The notes beneath the pieces were generated by a model. It saw only the letters and a list, made by a program, of their open reading frames with translations. It was not told where the DNA came from and searched no databases. Shown in pieces: positions 56,835 to 64,000 of a stretch of 64,000 nucleotides of DNA (positions within the stretch are counted from its first letter, which is position 1; every line of letters begins with the position of its first letter). Origin of the DNA: Octopus vulgaris (taxonomy: Eukaryota); the NCBI GenBank assembly GCA_951406725.2, contig OX597820.1, forward strand, positions 10,230,001-10,294,000. The letters are read 5' to 3'. The position numbers and the translations under genes are program-made.

Positions 56835-57950
56835 GTATAGCTACATGTGTGTGCGTTTGTGTGTGTGCGTGTGTCCTGCAATATAAGCTGATATGCCAAG
56901 CATTTAAGGGCTACTGAAGAGAGCGCAAGTGAAGTGAGCAAGCCACCAAGCGACTCTCATCGAGAAGAGTATTGTTGCTGTGAGAACCACAACCTTGAAT
57001 GCTATTAATTTTGTTTTTCCTAACGTTATTTAATTTTGTAAATAGACAGTCTGGTATGTTTATTTTAATGTCATATCAATGTATACAATGAGTTTCTTTG
57101 CCCTACGTGTAGGGAAGACACTCGGCAAGAAATGGAAACAAAGTTGAATAAAAACACAAACAGCAATAAAATAAAATGAAATACATGTAAAAAGAAAAAC
57201 AGAAATCTTTAGAGACAGAACAACTGAGTAAAGCATAAAATAAGAGTTGAAAAAATCTCGAGAGTAATTAATAGCATGGCATCAGCAAATGTAGTCGCAG
57301 TCACGCTACTCTTTAAAATGGGAGAGAACAAGTAAAATGCGTTTATTACAGAATACAGTGAAGTCTCTTAATTTACACGACTTCAAAACGAGGCGCTAAA
57401 AACTTCACAGAGATGACAGAGACTGAAGATGTAAGCTACGTACTCACTATTTCTATGAACAGTTTTGGTCGACTCGTTCATCAGACAGAAAAAGAGATTA
57501 AAGACAACGAAAAACTATATAGAACTGAAAGCGACAGAAAAACCAGGTGTGAATAATTTGTGAGTAATAAATGTTTTCGTTGATCTTTTTAGAGGTCGGT
57601 TTGTTTCCGAACTGATCTCACAGGAAGTATTTACGAATGAATGTATGCAAGCATATATGGATGACTATATATTTGTCTATATCCGGCAGAGAGTCGTGTT
57701 GGAATTGGAATTTAAAGAGAATAACACGGTGATAAACGAAGTTTGGAGATGTATCATTATCCATTATTCTTCATAACGTCTCCATTAAACACTCTGTATG
57801 CTGTATAAAATGCAATGAAGAGAATTCAGGATTTACTTGTCGAGGGAATAGCATTTAATTTTTCATCTCAAACATTCGATGTGGTTGGCCAGATCGGGAT
57901 TATATCACAGTGCTAATAAGGTACTTGCCTGGATTCCAATCCCCCTTCTC

Positions 57951-58083
<133 letters not shown>

Positions 58084-58215
58084 GTGTGATATATAGATAA
58101 ATATTAGGGTATTATTCGATATTGCAAAATCGAATTAATAAACAATGAAAAGAAATCTACCTTCGTTCCTAAAAGTATACCAAGCAGAAACCAAAAGCAT
58201 TGCCTGAATGAATTA

Positions 58216-59050
58216 CACCAGGCAACAAAACTTTTGCTACTATTAGACGAAATGGTGCTCACAGGTAATCTGGGGATGCTGATTCCAAATCTGCAATCAT
58301 TTTTGCTGTAGCAGGTCACGTTTTTGCGCTATCATTGTTATACTGCTATCAAAATTACAATAACGTGAAAATTCATGACAAATAAAATGAATGTGATGTT
58401 AAGCATAAATTACCGTTATTTGAAATAAGAACAATAGCACCTATATTGACAAGTAGCTCTAAAACCAATAAAACACAAAACGAAAAGTGTAAAGTGAATA
58501 TTATTAATTTTATGTTTTTCAAAAATAGCTTTGGCATCTTCTATTTCGCTTATGTTGCACGTCCGTTTCTCGTTTTAAAAAAACAGTGGTAGTCCCTCAG
58601 TATGTCTGGTGTAAGTCTGTGATTATAGCGGCTTTCGAACTCTTAGATTTCTTGATGAAATCGTTCACCATGCTCATCGCTTACATCACCCATATTGGGT
58701 GGAAAAAAGTCAAGTTGAGAGGAGAGAAAATGAATTTTTAGAGACATTCTTGCCCCAAGTTGCTTATAATCATTCAAAAAGCCATTCACAATTGCAACGT
58801 AGTTAGAAGATGTTTCTTTTCTTCAACAATGTTTTACAAGAGAAACAAACTTTTCCCCAGCGGTTTTCTCTACGACTTTGTCAAGATTATCAATTGGTTG
58901 GAAAATATGATGCTCTGAATAACTAAAAAATCTACACGTGCTGTCTGAAAACTGATGTCAGATTTGGATTCAGCTCCCTAAAATTACCCTAAATCAGCTG
59001 AAAAAGTTTAAATAGCATGATATATATATTTTTCTTTATTTTGCCCGATG
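58216..59050 (-). mobile_element. Internally deleted Chapaev3-like (CMC) DNA transposon
   Basis: Minus strand ~58535-58900 translates NYVAIVNGFLNDYKQLGARMSLKIHFLSSQLDFFPPNMGDVSDEHGERFHQEI*EFESRY..RDY. Ends are CACCAGGCAA / TTGCCCGATG with TTA on both sides, plus subterminal inverted GCTGATTCCAAATCTG blocks. Superfamily name is from recall. Confidence 0.75.
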
Positions 59051-59145
59051 TTATTGTTTCTCTTCGACTTCTCCAAACTCTCATGCTAAATCGCAGCAAT
59101 AATATCAAAGCTTTAAGAATACTCCAACCAGGGTAACATCACACA

Positions 59146-59655
59146 GGGTATGGCCTGGTCAGCCTGTAATGACATGCATAAGATCTGGTCGTCAAATATA
59201 AGTAGAGACTTCAAACTTGAAATCTTCAAAGCCACAGTCGAACCAATTCTACTATATGGCTCAGAAACCTGAACGTTATCGAAGAAGCTTGAGAGGCGGT
59301 TGGATGGAACCTACACTCGCCTCCTTATGAGAGCTCAAAATCTCTCGTGGAAGCGCCATCCAACCAAAATGCAAATATATGGGAAACTACCATCTGTGTC
59401 ATCTCTTGTGAAAGGTAGGAGAGTCCAGTTTGCTGGACATTGTTGTAGAGCTCAAAAAGAAGTAATTTCTCCTCTTCTCCTCTGGAAGCCATCTTCTTGC
59501 AATACCAGAGGGCGCACACTCTCCTACCCTGATGTAATCTCCAGGGATACAGGCATCCAGCAACAGGACCTCCGTAATACCATGATGGACCGTGAAGTCT
59601 GGCGTAGCATGGTAAATTCCATTGTCTCGACCACGGTCGAACGATGATGATGATG
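59146..59655 (+). mobile_element. 5'-truncated RTE-type LINE with (GAT)n tail and 11-bp TSD
   Basis: Translates KLEIFKATVEPILLYGSET*TLSKKLERRLDGTYTRLL..FAGHC..DREVWR. AACATCACACA is duplicated at 59135-59145 and 59656-59666. Confidence 0.9.
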
Positions 59656-59735
59656 AACATCACACAAACCTGTTGGCGCACAGTGACCGATGGGATAAGA
59701 ACCTGGCATTAAAAAAATAACTGCTGAGGATGATT

Positions 59736-60188
59736 GATAAAATTACTATTTCTAAATCTCACAACGAGAGATATTCAGCAACAGTACTTTGTAGTAAAGA
59801 TTGTTTGCCAACATAACATGGCAGTCCTGGTTTAGGACTAATGTTGCTGTAATTTAGCCCCAGGAGACATCCTCTCAAACTGGCCATACGGCACGATCTA
59901 TGTCCTTATATTTTCGAACAAGGGAATCTAGCACCTCAACTCAGCTCAAAACAATACCTATGTATCGCGATTTCCGGGTTATTTCCCCTCATCAGCACAG
60001 AGGGCTAAAGGCGGCAATGCCAAATTCCCGTTTGAGCTGTGTGGGGATGCTAGATTCCCTTGTTCGAAAATATAAGGACACACATGGTATCGTATAGCCA
60101 GCTGGATAAGATGTCTTCTGGGTCTAAATTACAGCAACATTCGTCCTAAACCAGGACTGTCGTGTTATGTTGGCAAACAACCTTTACT
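59736..60188 (-). mobile_element. Penelope-like fold-back insertion with 12-bp TSD inside an old SINE A tail
   Basis: CTGAGGATGATT at 59724-59735 and 60189-60200; arms 59793-59950 and 60031-60188; 57-nt one-sided tail; hammerhead in the spacer. Confidence 0.85.
59957..60001 (-). ncRNA. Minimal type I hammerhead ribozyme motif
   Basis: TCTGTG-CTGATGA-gGGG aaataa CCCg-GAAA-T CGCG A-TA-CATAGG. This gives a 6-bp stem I and a palindromic stem-loop III; the base of stem II is a G-G mismatch. Confidence 0.75.
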
Positions 60189-61325
60189 CTGAGGATGATT
60201 TGTCCGACTAAACTCTTCAAAGTGCTGCTCCAGCATGGCTGCAGTCTATGACTGAAACAAGAATAAATAATCATTGTCTAACAGCTCTATAAAGTTTGAT
60301 AAATACTGTAAGTTTATGTCATTTTATTAATACTAAAATATCGAAAACTGTGCGGAGTTGTGACCGTGCTTTACCAAAGACAAACTTACAATCCACTGCA
60401 TGTCCCCATACAATTCATTTTTATCAATTTGGATATCTGAGTCGTCTTCCTTGCATTTAAAAACCATTATCGATTCCGTTAATGAATTTTCTTTTGATTT
60501 CGATTATCTAGTTTTACCATCAGAGTGAATTCCACTTTAACTGAGATGAAGTAGAGTATTACTTGTGAAAGAGATCAACTTGTGGCAGTACAACGTAAGA
60601 TGTTTACAATCAATAAGAAATAAACCAGTTAAAGTAAAACTTTTTGTGCATTGTTAACTGAATAAAGAATCACCCAGAATTATCGTAGCGTAATTCTTCA
60701 TTCGTTACTTTAACATTTGTCAACTCATTTCAGTCATTTTCTAGACTTGGCATGGCACTTCAGTGCGATTAAGTAGATGAGGTCATTGCGAATTTACAAC
60801 TTTTGGTTGTAAGATTTTCGGCATCGTCGCTAAGAAAAGCTCTAAATTTTTGCTGTTAGAGCATTGACTTATGTGAATCACGTTTTATGAGGTTATTATG
60901 AATGTTTTTTAGCTTTGGGTTTATGAGAAATGTAAGAAGTTTCGACTAAATCCGTCACAAATTTCAATAAATAGCATGTCACTGGCATGTAAGTTTAAAC
61001 GAAATTAGGAACATTAATGTCTATTCCTTTCCTTTTGTTCCCACTGCTTATCCCAGGTAAGCTGAGAACGAGGAAATTTATTATGGAAGCCGTATCATCC
61101 GTGACTATCACTCTTTCTTTCAGGCAATTTATCTAAGATTACGGTAACTAATGAGTCGTTTCGTTTGATAATGGCGATTTGGATGATATTTGTAGGAGAC
61201 AGAAGTGATTTCCTGGGATGGTTTATTTCTTGGCGAATAATAAAAGAGGAGAAAAAAATTCCTGAAAACTTTTTATTTAGTTGCTGAAGTTACTGAAGTA
61301 AGTATAATGTTTTTGCCATTCTGTA

Positions 61326-61560
61326 AATACCTATTTTTTACTACCCACAAGGGGCTAAACACAGAGAGGACAAACAAGGACAGACAAACGGATCAAGTCG
61401 ATTATATCGACCCCAGTGCGTAACTGGTATAATTTAATCGACCCCGAAAGGATGAAAGGCAAAGTCGACCTCGGCGGAATTTGAACTCAGAACGTAACGG
61501 CAGACGAAATGCCGAAAAGCATTTCGCCCGGTGTGCTAACGATTCTGCCAGCTCGCCGCC
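61326..61560 (-). mobile_element. SINE family B
   Basis: Full head-body-tail match to the family. Confidence 0.9.
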
Positions 61561-61579
61561 TATAACATTTACATTCTGT

Positions 61580-62500
61580 AAATACCATCGTCGTGTCATG
61601 TTCAGGTCAGTTGTGTGTGTGTGTGTGATGGGGCATGCGCCACTGCAGCGCATAGCTGCGTTCATCATTTGTCGGTATATCTCCGGGTCCTCCCGAGTGA
61701 ACCGTTGAGCAGAGTCCCAATCAGACCCCTGTCTCCGTGAGATTCCTCCTCACCTGGCATTGGCATGTGGAATGTGATTAACCAACACAAACCATCAACT
61801 CAGCTGGAATACCGTAAGCAAGGTCTAACTTGGAAAATCGAACAACATGGTCAAACAGCCGGGGCTGGCGCTCCCGTATCATAGAAGTAACAAGACACAT
61901 TTCAGTTTCTGAGTAGAGTCGTTGACTGGATACGAAATCCGACCAATGGTAAGCTATATATTTCTTTACTACCCACAAGGGGCTAAACACAGAGGGGAGA
62001 AACAAGGACAGACAAATGGATTAAGTCGATATATCGACCCCCAGTGCGTAACTGGTACTTATTTAATCGACCCCGAAAGGATGAAAAGCAAAATCGACCT
62101 CGGCGGAATTTGAACTCAGAAAGTAACGGCAGACGAAATACTTATTTCTTTACTACCCAAAAGGGGCTAAACACAGGGGGGACAAACAAGGACAGACAAA
62201 GGGATTAAGTCGATTACATCGACCCCAGTGCGTAAATGGTACTTAATTTATCGACCCCGAAAGGATGAAAAGCAAAGTCGACCTCGGCGGAATTTGAACT
62301 CAGAACGTAACGGCAGACGAAATACGGCTTCGCATAATGTAGCTTATCAACGGTAAGCTATAATCCTGCAAAGCATCCTGGTAGCAAAGGAGTTCAGGCG
62401 GCTCCTAAGGGCTCCAAGACAGTGTCCAAATCTCGCAACTACAGCAGAGCAGGACAGGAAAACCAGAGACCTAAAGATCCGAACCTTTATTCTTGTTCTA
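61580..62500 (-). pseudogene. RTE-clade LINE C-terminal remnant split by a SINE B dimer
   Basis: KVRIFRSLV..LLCCSCEIWTL..RLNSFATRMLCRIIAY continues after the SINE as IAYHWSDFVSSQRLYSET..IRERQPRLFDHVVRF. Confidence 0.8.
61959..62347 (-). mobile_element. SINE family B dimer with 15-bp TSD
   Basis: CAATGGTAAGCTATA at 61944-61958 and CAACGGTAAGCTATA at 62348-62362. Confidence 0.85.
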
Positions 62501-62697
62501 CATGACATAGCATCAGTTCATAAACTTTAAATCGAATTTTTAAAAAGAGGCAGGAAACATATGTCATTTCGACCTGCATTAGCATTTATAATCTAATTCA
62601 ATTTAAATTCAAATACATGCTTGTTGCACAATGGATTAGAAATCTGACTGCTATAAATGTAATGGAAAACATCCTTTTTTTTTTCATTTCTTTCAAG

Positions 62698-62787
62698 AAA
62701 GTTAACTTTTCAAATAAAGAATCAAATAAATATAGCTCACTATTTAACTTAAGGGAAACTACAGAAAAGACCGAACGAAAAATTCAG
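62698..62787 (+). other. Candidate 90-nt internal exon (KVNFSNKESNKYSSLFNLRETTEKTERKIQ)
   Basis: Long pyrimidine tract plus AAG acceptor, consensus CAG|GTAAGT donor, length divisible by 3, frame open; no homology recognised. Confidence 0.35.
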
Positions 62788-63030
62788 GTAAGTCAACTTT
62801 AATCAACAAAATAATTTAAATTGCTGATTGCCGTGAGCACGTTTCATCAGTGAAGTCTACTACACTAGGTATTTCATGAACTTATTTAGACATTTCAGCA
62901 AAAGTATTTAATTTTATATAACAGTTTCTATTCCTGATCTACAAAATGTACAGACATTATGATATTCTTTCAGATGGACGCAAACGTGGTTGTGTCGTTT
63001 AGAAATTTACTTCTCAATCGTATGGCCTTG

Positions 63031-63809
63031 TAGGGTTATACGACCGAACGCAAGGAGGTTGGTGACAAAGGTCTCCTTTTGTCGTGGCACGGTCGTCCCT
63101 AACAAAAAATATAAGTGTGCCAAATCCATGATATAAAATACAGTGCCAAATGTCTTCTCTCTGAAACAGTGGAACGGTTGTCATCCTTCGTTAATTCCTT
63201 TTGGCACCGTATTTTATATCATGGATTTGGCACGTCAGAGTGAATTCCACTTTAACTGAGATGAAGTAGAGTATTACTTGGGAAAGAGATCAACTTGTGG
63301 AAGTACAACGTAAGATGTTAACAATCAATCTTTATATATAAAAGTAAGGTTGTGTGCTGTCTGTCTCCCACATTTTGCGGTGCAGTTTAACCAAAACCGG
63401 GTATCTTACAGTCGTGATTCATATCGAGCCTTTCTGGGTATTAGCGCGCGTCTACGATGAGTCTACGATTTAAAAAAAATTACCATCAATTTTTCCCATT
63501 TTTAATGCATTTTTGGCATATACAAGGGAAGTAACTCTCTAAAATTTTTATTTTAAATCTCAGAACGTAAAAAGCTACAGTAACACCCCCCTTTGTGGTT
63601 AGCCATATTGAGATGGCTATTATACTTTACATCTCTAAAAATGCTTACATAGTTATTTCCCTTACAAACCCGAGCAACGCCGGGCGATACTGCTAGTAAG
63701 AAATAAGCCAGTAAAAGTAAAAATATTTTTACTTATATATTTTTGTTAGGGACGACCGTGCGACAACAAAAGGAGACGTTTGTCACCAGCCTCCTTACGT
63801 ACGGTCGTA
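63031..63809. mobile_element. Fold-back element in an old SINE A, right arm interrupted
   Basis: Left arm 63039-63150; right arm 63200-63233 plus 63731-63809; GCCTTG at 63025-63030 and 63810-63815. Confidence 0.75.
63329..63696 (+). mobile_element. Non-autonomous Helitron with empty site visible at 60613/60614
   Basis: A|TCTTTATATATAAAAG ... CCCGAGCAACGCCGGG hairpin ... CTAG|T. The flanks ACAATCAA|TAAGAAATAA are contiguous at 60606-60623. Confidence 0.9.
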
Positions 63810-64000
63810 GCCTTGCCTTCATTGCAACTGAACGACATTTTGAGCAAGCGTCTTTTACTCTAACCCTAGACAGACTAAAGCGATGTGAGCGGATTCGGAA
63901 GAAGGGAACTGAAAGAATAATTTTGTATTATGTCTATATATGCGTATGTGTGAGTGAGTGTGTGTAGGTATGTAAGTACGTATTTATATAGATGCACACA

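Noticed and set aside
56910-56975. CTGAAGA followed by a GAGAGCGC/GCGACTCTC stem
   Set aside because: No GAAA box or stem I.
63031-63038. TAGGGTTA telomere-like end of the fold-back element
   Set aside because: Only 8 nt; cannot be distinguished from chance.

Overview
AT-rich, repeat-saturated eukaryotic non-coding DNA. The SINE families and microsatellite spectrum look like an octopus (coleoid cephalopod) genome; this is inferred from pattern recognition, not from a database search. There is no intact protein-coding gene, and almost all ORF-track entries are translations of microsatellites or SINEs. The window contains about 40 copies or fragments of tRNA-headed SINEs in 3-4 families. It also holds 5'-truncated LINE remnants (four RTE-type, a Tx1/L1-type family sitting in (TATC)n arrays, and an R4/Dong REL-endonuclease fragment next to (TAA)n), a mariner relic, a deleted Chapaev3-like transposon, two non-autonomous Helitrons and a pogo-like MITE. 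The most notable signal is a set of short non-coding elements, probably Penelope-derived. Seven are asymmetric fold-back (inverted-repeat plus tail) elements, and several of these and related short elements carry complete, variant or decayed type I hammerhead ribozyme motifs; many sit in or against (TA)n tracts. Other highlights are a SINE whose tail matches the Tx1-type LINE 3' end, and a four-layer nested insertion containing a locally templated copy of DNA from 2.7 kb upstream. There are weak splice-signal hints of a long-intron host gene on the + strand.
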